Source: Glaucostegus cemiculus (Eukaryota). Taken from it: a DNA stretch of 64,000 nucleotides. A program made the translations under genes and the position numbers. The notes under the pieces were generated by a model. That model saw nothing but the letters and a program-made list of their open reading frames with translations. It searched no databases and was not told where the DNA came from. This document shows, one piece after another, positions 38,425-51,807 of this stretch (position 1 is its first letter; each line of letters opens with the position of its first letter). Where the stretch lies: positions 1,302,001-1,366,000 of the forward strand of contig CDPCPM010000016.1 of assembly GCA_976551045.1 (NCBI GenBank), written 5' to 3'.

Positions 38425-39012
38425 TTTACCTTGTACTACCTCATGCACTTTGTACTACCTCAATGCACTGTGTAATGAATTGATCTGTACGAACGGTATG
38501 CAAGAAAAGTTTTTCACTGTACCTTGGTACGAGTGACAATAATAAACCAATACCAATACCAAGTGCATTTAATGAATTGCAAAAAAAGTGAAAATAAAAA
38601 CAATTAAAAGTAAATAATAAATTTAGTTAAATTCTAATAAACCATCAAGTCAAGTCAAGTCTCTTATCACATGCACAAGTACGGTGAGGTCCCTATACAA
38701 CGAAAAACTTCCTTGCAGCAGCAGCACAGGCACATAGATTCTGGCAACAACACACAGAACTTTGGTTGTACATAAATTAGAGATAAGTTGTACAAAGCAG
38801 TGAAGAAAAAAGACTGTGCAAAACAAGATATTAGTGTAAAAATCCCACTATCAGTGACAAGTCCATGGTAGTGCAAGGGGTAGTCTGTAGTGTTTCATTG
38901 CTGAGGTAGGATTAGGGTTGCGCAGGTTGGTTCAAAAACCTGATGGTTGTAGGAAAGTAGCTGTTCCTGAACCTGGTGGTGTGGGACTTCAGGCTTCTAT
39001 ACCTCCTGCCCT
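38425..39012. mobile_element. Two Rex1-type 3' fragments (plus 38425-38562 with (CCAATA)n tail; minus 38645-39012 with (CAAGT)n tail)
   Basis: Characteristic tails and 3' UTRs shared with other copies in the window. Confidence 0.8.
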
Positions 39013-39549
39013 TTATGATCCTGTAATCATCTGTAATGAAACAGCTGCTATAAAGCTGAAATATAAACAGAAAATGTCAGAAATACTTGCTACCAATCTT
39101 TGAGTCATTGGGAAAATTGGGTATACATCTCTCCATTGTGATAATAAGTATTTGAGGACCTGGCAAAGATTATTGAGAGGCACCATTAGACATTTACAAT
39201 ATTCATATCTTTTGGGGGTTAAATCCAAAGACCCCAGAAATGGAGATATGGAACACCAATAGACAATTAACCTGCAACTGATGATGACTACTAAATAAAT
39301 GAGGGTGATATGAAACGTACCACTGTTAGTTGTGAGCCCTCAGTGGGAGAGATTATTGATCTGTAAGTATGCCAGCTTTCTTATTTCAGTGACAGTAATG
39401 TCCAGCTGATGCTAACAAAGCTTTTGATTGTTTGGCCACATCCAGAAGGGCACACTGTGAATGGATAGCTGTTGGTGAAGCTAGCCTGTGCTGCTTACAG
39501 TTAGTACTCATTCTTAAAGGGGAGGTGTATTGTGTCTGTACAGGGTGCT

Positions 39550-41480
39550 TGCTGGTGGTCAGACAAGAAAAGAATTTGACCTGGGAAACAGTGAAGATAT
39601 GTACATTGTGGGAGAGGGCAGAGAGACACTGGAGACCCTGGTAAAGGAGAGATATCCTGCATCCACAGGGGGTCTGAAGGCCATCTAGACATGTGGTCAG
39701 AATGGAAGGGGGTCTGACTAGCCTGGTCAACAAAAGTTGTAAAGTCTCAGGGAAGTGCATTCAGTACCAGAGAAGTTCAGTGGCTTCATATGCAGAGATC
39801 ATACATAGTGTTGTATCAATCCAACTGCACCATTGTCCTCTGGCACTGATCAATAGTCTACAGTCCTATTACTCACTGATCAACAATGTCTCTTACTGGG
39901 GGCTCACACTCAACATTCATCTGCCTCATTTTGCCTCACACGCTTAGCACTGCTGTAAGCCTCCTGCTCACATCTCAGTGCACACTACTCATCCATGGCA
40001 GAGGCATTACCCACACACAGGGCCCACTGTCAGGGTTGTTGTCAGGCTGGACAAAGCAGCTTGTGGGTGAAGGCAGCAGCACCTGAACAGTGAGGTTCAA
40101 GTGAGCCTGTGCATCCTAACCTCCATGGAGGAGATGGTACTGTCATTGTCAGGATATCCAGTGTGAGGATGATCCTGGTGTCGGAACTGCAACTTTTGAA
40201 GGTGCTGGTATCCAATTCTCTTTCTTATATTCCAACCCACGCCCCCCCCCCCCCCCTTCAGCTCACAATCTAATTTACAAGCCTCAGATGTCTTTAATTG
40301 ATTTCACACTCCCAGGCACAGGGTCAGAGGAGACTGCATGTTATTTAGAGGATAGCACAGAGTAAGGGAGAATCTGCAAATGTGAGTACCAGGCATGAGT
40401 GAAGTGTGGCCAGGGCAGGGGCAAGGATAGTACAGATGCCAGCTCACTGGAGGGAGCAGTTCATAGCTGCTGTGGAAGACTCAAGTAGGGAGTTGGGAAG
40501 GCCAAGTCGTGGAAAAGACTGAGGGATATAGATAACTAAGCACTTGGTGCACTGGGAAACCCACCAGGAAGCCTGTGCTCAATGTCAGAAAGCACAGAGT
40601 ATCACACAGCCCTGAGAGCCCTTCCAGTACAGAAACTCAGTTCGTACACTTCTGGACCCATCTGTGCTGCAGCTCTCATTACAGCATCACAGCAGTCACT
40701 CAGCAGCTGATGGTCACCTTGTAATCTCAGGTTGTTGCCATTCTGGTTGGACAATGTGCAGAGTGACTTTCAGGAGTCACAGCACCTGGGCAATATGTCC
40801 TCCAGCAGATTGCCTGGGTTGCTGATGGGCTGCCTTCTTGGTCCAGAGCTGCTCCAGGTTGCTGCCCAAAGCCATTGTTACAAAGTCAACTTTCCTGAAG
40901 GTGGCAACATTACCTCAGCCCCTGAGGAAAGCACCAGGTAGGAACACACATATGAGTGAAACCACACAGGAGACAGGATAAAGGTGATGTTTGTGTGCTT
41001 TCATTTATAAATCTGGCTTGCGTTGTTCATTTGGTGTAATCCATGAAGGTAAACACCTACACCAATGGATAAGCTGTCACTGTGGTAGTCACTGACAGCT
41101 GAAGGGTAAGGAGTAGGGCTGGGGGTGAGGGGAGGAGTTGTGGTCTCTGCATCACACAGATGATCATTCCAAGCAGGAAGAAGCGGCGTCTTTTGCTTCC
41201 TCCTTCTCCCTCCTCCTCTTCCTGCTCTTCCTCCTGTTCCTGATGCCCAGCTGCTTTGCTCATAGTTGTTGAAAGCTGTCCCCTCTGACAGAGAGATTGC
41301 ACACACAAGCTGAAAGCCTTAGTGATCTCCTTAAAACAAAACTGGCAGCAAACAGCAAGGTGTAACCTGGCCCAGAATGGAAGGAGCCGGAGGCATTTTA
41401 GGTTTACTTCCATGGTCATTGTGATGATCACTGGCACTTTGGTCCTTGATATGCATTGAGGCTGCAGGAGGTGTTAGGTT
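39550..41480. mobile_element. Probable PIF/Harbinger fossil: Myb/SANT-like ORF (+) and convergent transposase C-terminus (-)
   Basis: Plus ~39620-39790 reads LETLV..RDILHPQGV*RPSRHVVR..LVNKSCKVSGKCIQYQR/KF. Minus ~41150-41450 gives ..QSLCQRGQL..QEQEEEQEEEEG, an acidic tail like that following the CCxLHN motif. Heavily degraded. Confidence 0.5.
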
Positions 41481-41780
41481 TCATTGAGGACTTCCTTATT
41501 AAATCTCGATTGCCACACTTTCTCAATGAAGTTCAAATAAGCAAGTTGCTCTTGCACAAGCTGGGCAAGTATAGTTTTGCACTGTGAGTCCTTTTCACTT
41601 TCCTCATTCCTCATCCCTCTTTATATCTGTCTGCACATTCTCCCAGCTGCACTGTATTTCAAGGGGAGTGCTAACAGATACACACACTCTGAGAGTGACT
41701 GGCTTGCGGGGAAGTCAGTAAAAAGTCCTTTAATGCCTGTGATAACAGTCCCTGCAGACCTTTTCGGCACAAAGCAGAAA

Positions 41781-42311
41781 GTCGTCGTTGTCGTCATGGC
41801 TATCCCTCAAGGTTGAGGATGCTGGTCTTTGTTCCGGTCATCTATTTATGGGCTCTCAAGTGGCTTATGCTTTCATGCTGGTTCTTGACTAGGAGCTTCT
41901 AGGCATCATATTGACTGCTCCCGTCACCCTCCTCCAATCACCAAAAGACTTGAGAAGCAGCCCACAAAGCGAAGACGCCTGTGCATATATTTGTTTAATG
42001 TGTACTTGATGTTGGACTACAAAAAGCACAAGATGCCTCACAAATCAACCAACTGATTCCAATGGCATGGAAACCACGACGATTGGAGCTGATGGATTTG
42101 TTGCAGCCTGCATCCACCTTCATAGCCATTGAGGTCAAAGTGACTTCGTCCGCCTTTTCCTTGGTTGGATTGTTCTTTGTTAAGGACCTCACCATCGAAC
42201 TTATTGCCACGGGTGACCCTACCAGGAGCATAGCTCCTGACGGCATCGCTCTCAGGATCTCAGGACCACACAAGCTTCTCCACCATGACAAGGTGACAAT
42301 CCACAGAGAAG
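41781..42311 (-). mobile_element. Short non-autonomous RTE-derived element (RTE-type 5' UTR joined to 3' stem-loop and (GAC)n tail)
   Basis: 5' end resembles the Expander/Rex3/BovB-type RTE 5' UTR (CACCTTGTCATGGTGGAG..GGTAGGGTCACCC), recalled from family knowledge. 3' end is ATCCTCAA-CC-TTGAGGGAT hairpin plus GACGACAACGACGAC. No EN/RT coding sequence recognised between them. Confidence 0.8.
42167..42311 (-). ncRNA. HDV-like ribozyme fold (this copy possibly impaired)
   Basis: P1 CTTCTCT/GGAGAAG; P2 GGATTGTC/GA(A)CAATCC; P3 ACC/GGT; 7-nt L3 TTGTCAT; J4/2 CAAA; ~95-nt P4 region containing the hairpin CAGGAGC-TAT-GCTCCTG. Confidence 0.7.
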
Positions 42312-42984
42312 ATAACTAAAGTAACCAGGAAATATTTGTAGATTTATAGCAACAGCCAGAACCAATCAACCAGCATCTAATTGGTAAGACATGGATGATC
42401 TCTTTAAATCACATAAATTTTGGCCACTTCATGTTAAATGAATTCTTGCAGAGGCACCTTTCACTCCTCAGAAATGGAATGGAAGCAATGGAAGCAAATC
42501 ATCCTTGATTCTGAGGTACTGGTGAAGAAGAAGAATTCTGGTGGGCGAAAGTTTCCAGCTGCTGAATACGTGTTCATACATGCAAGGTTAAACAAGGGCA
42601 TTGGCTGTAACATTCAGCACCAAAGTGGCAATGCTGTTGTAAAATCAATGCTGTGCACAGATTATGGTCAGGATCGCTGCCCTCGGCATGAACTGGCAGA
42701 TGTTCACTGTACATATACCAATGACCTCACCAATATATTGCCCAACTAACTCAGTCTAAAGATGCATTATACTTTGGACCTCTCAAGGGTAAAGTGGCAG
42801 CTAAAAGAAAAATATCAATGATGCCATTTACTTACCATCAATTTTCCATCACCAACAACTCTGTTAATCAAACTAAAAGGATTGTTTTCAATTCCATGAT
42901 CTTTAAGTTTAATTGAAGCCTCAGACATGGAATATTATTGAATATCTTCCAGAAGTTAAGCTAATTTTCCTTGCATAGATATTT

Positions 42985-44700
42985 AGCGGCATCACCAACG
43001 ACAGTGCATCCCTTCTGACAAGCTTAACGCATTCTATGCACCTTTTGAACAGAAGGGGATTGGAATGTCACAACCCACCCAGATAGCCTCCAATGTACTT
43101 GAACCCACAGTCATTGTTGTAGATGTGAGATCGTTCTTCTGGAGAGTGAACTCTCGGAAAGCATCTGGCCCAGATGGTGTCTCTGGCTGTGTCCTTAGAT
43201 CCTGTGCAGATCAGCTGTCAGGGGTATTTGCAGACATTTTAACCTCTCCCTGCCTCAATCTGAGGTTCCATCCTGCTTTAAGAAGACCACTATCGTCCCA
43301 GTACTTAAAAAAAAAACAAGGTAACATGTCTTAATGACTACCGCCCAGTGGCACTGACATCCACCATCACGAAGTGTTTTGAGAGGCTGGTCAAGGTACG
43401 CATTAACTTCAGCCTCCCAGACAATCTCGACCCACTGCAATTCACCTACCACTGAAACACCTCCTTGGCCCTACACTCGTCTCTGGAGCATCTGGACAGT
43501 AAAGGCACTTGCGTTAGACTATTGTTTATTGCCAACAGCTCCGCCTTCAATGCTATAATTCCAAGCAAATTCATCTCCAAACTCCTAGGTCTGGGACTCA
43601 GCACCTCCCTTTGCAACTGGATCCTTGACTTCCTGACCAACAGGCTGCAGTCAGTAAGGATAGGCAGCAACACCTCCGCCATGATTATTCTCAACACTAG
43701 TGCCCCACAAGGCTGCGTCCTCAGCCCCCTCTTCTATTCCCTATACACTTACGACTGTGTGGCAGGATTCTGCTCTAACTCCATCTACATGTTTGCAGAT
43801 GATACCACCGTAGTGGGCCAAATCTCAAATAATGATTAGTTGGAGTACAGGAAAGAGATAGAGAGCCTAGTGAAATGGTGTCATGACAACAACCTTTCCT
43901 TTTGTGACAGCAAAACAAAAGAGCTGATCATTGACTTCAGAAAGGGGAGCAGTGTACATGCTCCTATTTAGGTCAACGGTGCTAAGGTCAAAAGGGTTAA
44001 GAGCTTCAAGTTCCTAGGAGTGAACATTACCAATATCTTGTCCTGGTCCAACTATATAGATGCTATGGCCAAGAAAACTCACCACCACCTCCATTTCCTC
44101 AGGAAGCTAAAGAAATTTGGCATGTCTGCTTTGACCCTCACCAATTTTTATTGATGCAGCATTGAAAGCATCCTATCCGGATGCATCACAGCTTGGTATG
44201 GCAACTGCTCCGCCCGTGACCACAAGAAACTGCAGAGAATTGTGGACACAGCTCAGCACATAACAGAAACCAATCTCCCCTCCGTGGACTTCTCATTGCC
44301 TCAGTAAAGCAGGTAACATAATCAAAGACCCCACCCACCCCAGACATTCTCTTTTCTCCCCACTCCCATTGGGCAGAAGATACAAAAGCCTGAAAGTACT
44401 ACCACTAGGCTCAAGGACAGCTTCTATCCCGCTGTTATAAGACTATTGAATGGTCCTAGTATAATAAAGTGGACGCTTGACTTCAAAATCTACTTTGCTA
44501 AGGCCTCGCTCCTGACTATCTACCTGCACTGCACTTTCTCTGTAACAGTAACACTTTATTTTGCATTCTGTTATTGTTTTATCTTTCACTACCTCAATGC
44601 ACTGTTGTAATGAAATAATCTGTATGAATGGTATGCAAAACAATTTTTTTTCACTGTACCTCAGTACATGTGACAATAATAAACCAATTTACCAATTTTT
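42985..44700 (+). mobile_element. Rex1/Babar LINE, 5'-truncated, RT pseudogene
   Basis: [65 protein letters not shown]; stops and frameshifts; 3' UTR ending AATAAACCAATTTACCAATTT. Confidence 0.95.
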
Positions 44701-45644
44701 CTCTGTGTGCCACTGTGTTTCCTTCCTTAAAGAAGTCATTTAGCTTTATTGGACATGATGTTGACAGATGCACATTCACACATTCTAACCCATTCAAAGT
44801 TCTCCAGTGTTCAGTCTCTCTGTCCTTATGGGTTTGATGAATTTCCCTACCTGAGATTAACAGATCTACAACTTTTTTTGAAATATTTGCAAGATTTCAA
44901 TCTTAAGGATTGATTCCTGAGCCAAGAGAGTTTTGTAGATTATGGTGAAGGTATATGCAGTTTCCTTGCCTACATGCTGTCATACCCTGTGCGTGGTCTG
45001 AGGGATTTGACAGTCCTTGACGCCATACGGTTTACATAATAATGTTCTCATGCTTGCAGTAACCAATATCATTGCATAATATTCCAGGTCTGAAGACAAT
45101 GGAATTCAGTATCCTATCGAGGTAATCAATATACAGCTCAATCACTGTGCTGAAAAGTCATTGACCCTAACAGCTTGGAATAGGTTCTCTTGCATGGACT
45201 GAGATTCTAACCTTCTTGTTCAACACAATGAAACAAATTATGGACCTTAACCCACAGTATTGGTCACTTCTTTTGTCCATATTCAGATAATCAATATAGT
45301 TAGAACTTATTTTGTTGACCTTAATCAAGAAAAAAAATCACCAATAAGGGACCTTCTTCAACATTATTCTAAAATTGGCTGATCAGTGGTAAAAGAATTA
45401 AACCTCTGGGAGAATTTTAATTTTCCTATCCCTTCCTCCAGATTACCTCATCAGCTCCTCTGCAAAGAGTCTTACTCGAGAACCAGGCCACATCACCTGG
45501 GAGATCATATGACTGAAATCATGAGTTGATTTCCCATGGAGTTCACCAATGTGTAATGTTTCCCAGACATTTAGAAACAGTTGGCACCTAGGAATTTGTC
45601 CATTGTTAGTTATGGTAAATAGGAATATAGTAGAAGCTGTGTTG

Positions 45645-46810
45645 TAAAAACAGAAAATTCTGGAGTTACTGGTCAGACAGCATCTGTGGAGAGAAACAGA
45701 ATTAATGTTACAAATCGACAACCTTTCATCAGAACTAGAAAAATGAGAAAACAAATGTGTTTTGCACTGCAGAGGGAGGAGTGGAGAGAATAGAGGGAAT
45801 GTCTGTGAAAGGGTAGAGGGGAAATAAATCCAGATGCCACAGATGTTATTGGATCTGTCTATGAGAGGGTGATGAACGCTTGTTAACCACAGCTGATCTG
45901 TCTGGAGGAGGTGTATATATGGAGGGAAATGAATAAGGGCAGAAGAGAGGAAAAAGCAAACAATGCTGGAACTGTGAGGTGTAAAATGCAGTAGTTGCTA
46001 GAAATTTTGAAATGAAAAGAATGCTGGAAGTACCCAGAAGATCAGGCAGCATCTGCGGACTGGGGGTATCTGAGCTAATGTTACATTTTGATGATCTTAG
46101 ATGACCAGTTCTGACACAAAAAGGAAAGCTGAGATTACCTCAGATCATTAAATTCATTATTAAGTCCCTCAAGCTGTGAAGTGTCCAGATGGGAGGTGAG
46201 GTGTTGCTTCTGAGCTTACACTGGGCTTTTCTAGAATAATGCAGGAGGCCCAAAGACAGAGAGGTGAGAATGAAAGCGGGATGGAGAAATAAACTGATAG
46301 GCACGTGGAAGATTACCCCTGGATAATGGGCGAATGTACTCTGCAAAGCGTCAACCTATCTGCATTTGCTTTCTTGCCTACTGGGGAGAGAATGTCCTGA
46401 ACGCTGAATGCTATATACCAAATTGGAGGAAGTGCAGGTGAATCACTGCTTCACCTGAAAGGACTGTTTGATTTCCTGAAGGGTGGGAAGGGACAGTAAA
46501 AAGGGCAGGTGTTGCATCTATTGTGTATGCATGAGTGAGTGCCATGAGAAGAAGACTCACTGTTGATGGAGATGGAAGAGCAGATCTGGGTATTACAGGT
46601 TCCTTCTGAACCCTGAAAGGGTAAGGGAAGATGTGTCTGGTGGTGGCATCTTGTTGAAGCTGGCAGAAATTATGGAGGTTACACCCTTGAGTGTGAACGT
46701 TGGTGAGGTGGGTGGTGAGGTCAAGGGGAACCCTATCCTTGCTCTGGGTGGAAGGAGAAGAGGTGAGAACAGAACTGTGGGCAATGAAGCATTCGTGGTT
46801 GAGACATGGC
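45645..46810 (-). mobile_element. Penelope-like element: EN region and two tandem pLTR units
   Basis: Minus FQVKQ*FTCTSSNLVYSIQ (~46400-46460). pLTR units at ~45645-45820 (AGTT-CTGATGA-AAGGTTGTCGATTT-GTAACATT) and ~45985-46115. Confidence 0.8.
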
Positions 46811-47254
46811 TGTGTAATGTATTTAGCTTCTGAAATGTGCTTCCATTGATGTCAATGGAGCAGAGAATTGCACATACAACTGCTGAGAAATGTTTTTGTT
46901 TTAGTGCTAACAACTCTGGATGAATCTAGCCCCTCAGATTCTTAGTAATGCTTAGAAAATTAAACTATATTTGTTAACAAAGGGTTGCATTAATCTTTGA
47001 GGTTTTATGACATTAAGAAAAGTGAGTGCAACCATAACAGGTGTATGAGTAATTTTATATTACTTCTGAGCATGTGCATTTTCTATAGTGTAGAAATGTC
47101 TCTACACTGCCACTTGCATATTTTGATTCTCAGTCGCTTGATCAATTCTGTGGTCCACATGGGATCCAAAGAGAGAAAACAATCTTTTTATTCCACTGAT
47201 CCTAGCTTTTGCATTCAAGCATTATTTGACAGGAATCAGAAATAAAACAATAGC

Positions 47255-47882
47255 GTCATAGAGCACTACCACACAGAAACAGGCCCTTCGGCCCATCTAG
47301 TCCTGGTTTACTGCCTAGTCCCATCTATCTGCACCCGGACCATAGCCCTCCATACCTCTCCCATCCATGTACCTATCAAAACTTTTCTTAAATGTTACAA
47401 TAATTGAACCGGCATCCATCCACCAATTCTGCTGGCAGCTCATTCCACACTTGCACCACCCTCTGAGTGAAGTAGTTCCACCTCAGATTCCCCTTAAATA
47501 TTTCACCTTTCACCCTAAACTTATGACTGCTAGCTCCAGTCTCACCCAACCTGAGGGGAAAAAGCCTGCATGCATTCACCCTATCTATACCCCTCATAAT
47601 TTTGTGTACTTCTATGAGATCTCCCCTCATTCTCCTGCACTCCAGGGAATAAAGTCCTAACCTATTCAACTTTTCCCTATAACTCAGATCCTCAGGTCCC
47701 AGCAACATCCATGTAAATTTTCTCTGCACTTTTTCAAGCTTATTAAGTAAATAAGGTGTAAGTAGGTGACCAGAACTCCACACAATACTCTAAATTTGGC
47801 CTCACCAACGTCTTATACCACTTCAACATAACATCCCAACTCTGTACTCAATGCCCTAATTTATGAAGGCCAATGTGCCAAA
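47255..47882 (-). mobile_element. CR1 LINE 3' portion
   Basis: ORF 47388-47783 (KLEKVQRKFTWMLLG..RRMRGDLIEVHKIMRGIDRV); GGGCCGAAGGGCCTGTTTC hairpin. Confidence 0.92.
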
Positions 47883-49784
47883 ATCATTGAACCTTTTAGC
47901 TTACCATAACATATGTTGTGGAAAGATAGTGTTCAATAGCATTTTATCAATTTGTGTGTTACAATCCTGTTAAAATAATCTTATATATGAATTATTTCAG
48001 TTAGTTGCACTCCCAAGCAAATGTTTTCCCATAGATAGTGAATTACAATCATTCCACACGATGTTTATATTACAATTCTTCAAACCACTTTGCTTATGCA
48101 GCTGTTTATTTTGATTTTATTCTGCATTTTTCATTCTTGATGAATGAACAGAGAAGCAAGTTTACTTTGAAATCTGATCTGAAAAAGTTTGTTCAAATCT
48201 TGAAACTCAAGGAGACAGTAAAATAAGTCAAACTTCTTAAAACCTGACAGAGATCATTAATCAGATCCAGCTTCACAGACCTCTATTCTGACTATTAGAG
48301 GACAGGACTAATCACGGATACATTTTAGGCCATTAGATTTATTATTTAGCCGAACATCAAATAATAGTGATCTGAAGAAACCCTGAAAATTCAGGAAACT
48401 CACTTTCATATTTTGCTAATTTCTGACTTGAGCATCCAAGCTAACATCTTTCATTATTTAAATTTGTTGGAATGAATAGATAGCTATAACGTCAGACAGT
48501 CTGTTTTGGAAAAATAGATAGTATACAGATTTGGTGCTTTGTAGTATGAAGGCTGGGAGTTGATCTTGTGTTCTGTTATCTTTGTTTATTACATCAGTCT
48601 TTGTTCACCTGTTCCCTTCCACATGAGTCTTTGGGTATCCTCAACCAAATGATATTATTATTTCTTAAAAATGACAGCTTGCATTTTGCTGAAATAGGGA
48701 ATCTCTTGATGTAATTGTAAATTAGATTTTTCCTTGCAGCGATTCACTGGAATTGTAAACTTACAATGGATGAGAGAGGATAAGGGGGGGGGGGGGGGGG
48801 GGTGGTTACATTGAACATATGTGCTTACTTTTTCTTGACAGGTCATTAGGTTAGGAAAAGAATCACAATGATTCCTTTCCCTCCATGCCAAATTAAGGCA
48901 TGTAGCTCTATTAAATAAAATATACTACTGCATTGTAAAATTCCCAATGTAATATATGTTAGGTTAGCTGCATTACCTAATATGGAGATAGTACTGATTG
49001 TGTCAGTGCACTTGGTGTAGCTATCAGTTCTGGAAAATGTTTCCAATATTACTCAGCACTTGGCATGTGTAACTCTTCTGCGATTTCATCTAATTATTTT
49101 ACTCCTTGAGATCTATTCCCTGACTGCTAATCACTGGACATTAAACCTGTAGAGGCACAATATATTAATTTGGTGGAAGTGTAAAGCTAGTTTTTAGGTT
49201 ATGGGAGAACATCAACAGCCATGAATAATTTAACATAGTAGTAAGGAGGTTGTTAGTTAGCTGGTCAGTGTCTCTGTAGCTTTGCTCAGTGGAGACTGGA
49301 AGTTAACTTCTCGGGATGAACTAGCGATTAAAGTTTTTCCAATCAGATAGGACATATACAGTAAACTTACATCATTGATTAATCACAGCCATTTAAGAGA
49401 CACAGAAAAGTTAAACAGCATTTTAAGCCAATGTCACTGCAAATAATGAGATGCTGTTAAGGATGTGACAGAGTCGATTTTCACGTACCTGATTAAGTCA
49501 GTTCCAATGTAAGGGAAATCTTTCTAGAATGATAATGTGCTGATAGCACATAATTATTTTGATTAAATACTCACGCATAATTATTCACAGCTCCCTGGCA
49601 ACCGGAATGAAAAAAATGTGTGTTGCTGAATCTTAGAGCTGAGGACAGTTCAATGGAAAATGGCATTGTGGGAAGGCAAACATTTGGAATTTGGAAAGGC
49701 TCAGTGTGCAGTTCAGTCCTTTGACAGTTCTTTCCATTGCAGCATACTTAGAGGGAATGAGCTGGTGAAAAAAATTTGACTGAA

Positions 49785-50680
49785 ACACCACAGATGCTGG
49801 AAATCCAAAACAAAAACAGAAGGCATTCAGCAGTCCCAATGGCTCACAGGTAGTGCTATTCCCTTACATCTTCAGTCACCCTGGTTGAATCCTATTCCTC
49901 AGTGCTGCCAGTGTGAAGTTTACATGTTCTCCCCGACACCAAGTGGGTTTCCCCTGGGCGCTCTTTTTTCTTCCACTTCTTAAAGAGGTGCTGGTTGGTA
50001 GGTTACTTGACTACTAATTTACGCCTAGTGAAGTGGGTGGGTGGAGGATCAGGACGGAGCTGATGGACATGTGAGAGAGATAGTTCACTGGTACATAAGT
50101 GGGGGAATGGGATATCTCTGAGGGCTGCCATAGACTCACTGGGCTGAATGGCCTCTTTTTATGCTCTATGAGAACATGAAATATACTGTGAGGTCAAGCA
50201 GCATTTGAGGGGAGAGAAACAGAGATGACATTTCAGATCAACAACCTTTCAAAGCTGCAAAACTGAGAACACAAGCATATATTGGGCTGTAGAGTGGGGG
50301 AGGGTGGAGAGTGGAGAGAACAGAGGCAATGTCTGTGATAGGATGGAGAACAAAATTGTCAAGAAAACAATTACTTTAAAAACCCAAACTACTTTATATT
50401 CTCACCACAGATGTGGTTGTAGCTCCTGGTTTCAGTTTGTTTCTTGTATTTCTTTTCCACATTTAACTGGTGTTTTCTACAATAATTCTTAACTTGTCAA
50501 CTTCGTTCTCCACCCTATCAATGATATTGCCTCTATTATTTCCACCTCATGCCCTCTCTCTGCAACTCTTGTCTCCTTATTTTTCACTTCTGATCAAGAC
50601 TCCTTAATCTGGCAATTCAACTCTGTTTCCCTCTGTTGATGGAGCTGCTGGATGCTCCCAGGATTTTCTGTTTCAGTCAG
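49785..50680. mobile_element. Inverted PLE pLTR pair with an HE1-like SINE (~49840-50175, +) inserted in the left arm
   Basis: Left arm CAGATGCTGGAAATCC.. resumes after the SINE as AGGTCAAGCAGCAT..GAGAGAAACAGAG; the right arm (~50490-50680) is in the opposite orientation. Confidence 0.65.
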
Positions 50681-51807
50681 CAACTTGACCTTAGCTGCTT
50701 TGTTTAACAGGTATTGTAGTAGGTATAAGGTGCTGTGCAGTAGCTTTTCTTTGTGAAGCTCAGTTCCATTGACAGTTCAGGTAATGATGACCATTAATCA
50801 TTTTGGCTTGCTGCTTCCTATACAATACTATCAGAAACATAAACATGGTGATTGCAGTTCTTTATCCAGCATTATCACGAGTCAAGCATTCAAATAGGAA
50901 AGTTATTTGTATCACAGGGTCTCTCCCTTGAGTTTCATTGAGATTGAGTCCCCTTGCATCCATTAGTCTGTCAAGGATGTGTACACCATTGCCAGCATGG
51001 TGGAAGTGATGGGTATAGTTATCATTAAGCTTTACATTCTTCTGATTTTCTTCCTTGCATGTGAATTTCCTCTGAGAGCCACAAGGATAAGCAATTAATG
51101 TCTTCCTTTGAAAATTAAAAAAAGCTGCAGGTGCTAGAAATCTGCATAAAAACAGGAAGTGCTGGAAATATTCAGCAGTCAGGCAGCATCTGGGGAAAGA
51201 GTAAGGTCAATGACCCTCATCTCTCTGCAGACACTGCCTGACGTAGTATTTCCAGCAACTTCTGTTTTTATTTCAAGTATTTCATTTTGTTTGGAGAAAG
51301 ATTAGAGCTGGGAGAAGCATGTATTTTTAGTCACATTTCTATTGTACACCTCACTCACAAGGAAATATCACAAAACACTTTACAAAAGGGAAAATGGAGA
51401 AGGACAGTGTGGAAAGATGAAGGCAGAGGAAAAGGAGTGAATTTTGGCAGGATTCCTAAAAGTGAAACTGAGGCAATATCATCCTGGGTCTAGCCTGCTA
51501 CCTGTAATTGCTAGCTTTGGTAGCCCACTTCCAACACTAACCTGTTGCAGATGTGGAGGACCAATTGTGCTGACTCCCTGTATTTGTGAAGCATGCCTCA
51601 AAGCAGGCTAGCTTGCCAGTGGCAACTAGGCCTCGGGCTTTAGATCTCCGGCAAGCCGCAATGCCTTGATGGTTTTTGACTGTACACTGCTGTCTAAAAA
51701 CTCTTCAAGTTAATTTAAATAATTAAAGAATAAAATAAACATTATTAAAAAAGAAATTAATGAAAAGCACCCTAATGCACGATTAATTAAATAACATTAA
51801 TAAAAGA

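Noticed and set aside
48784-48802. Poly-G run (and poly-C at ~40243-40256) as functional G-quadruplex elements
   Set aside because: Simple homopolymers with no supporting context.
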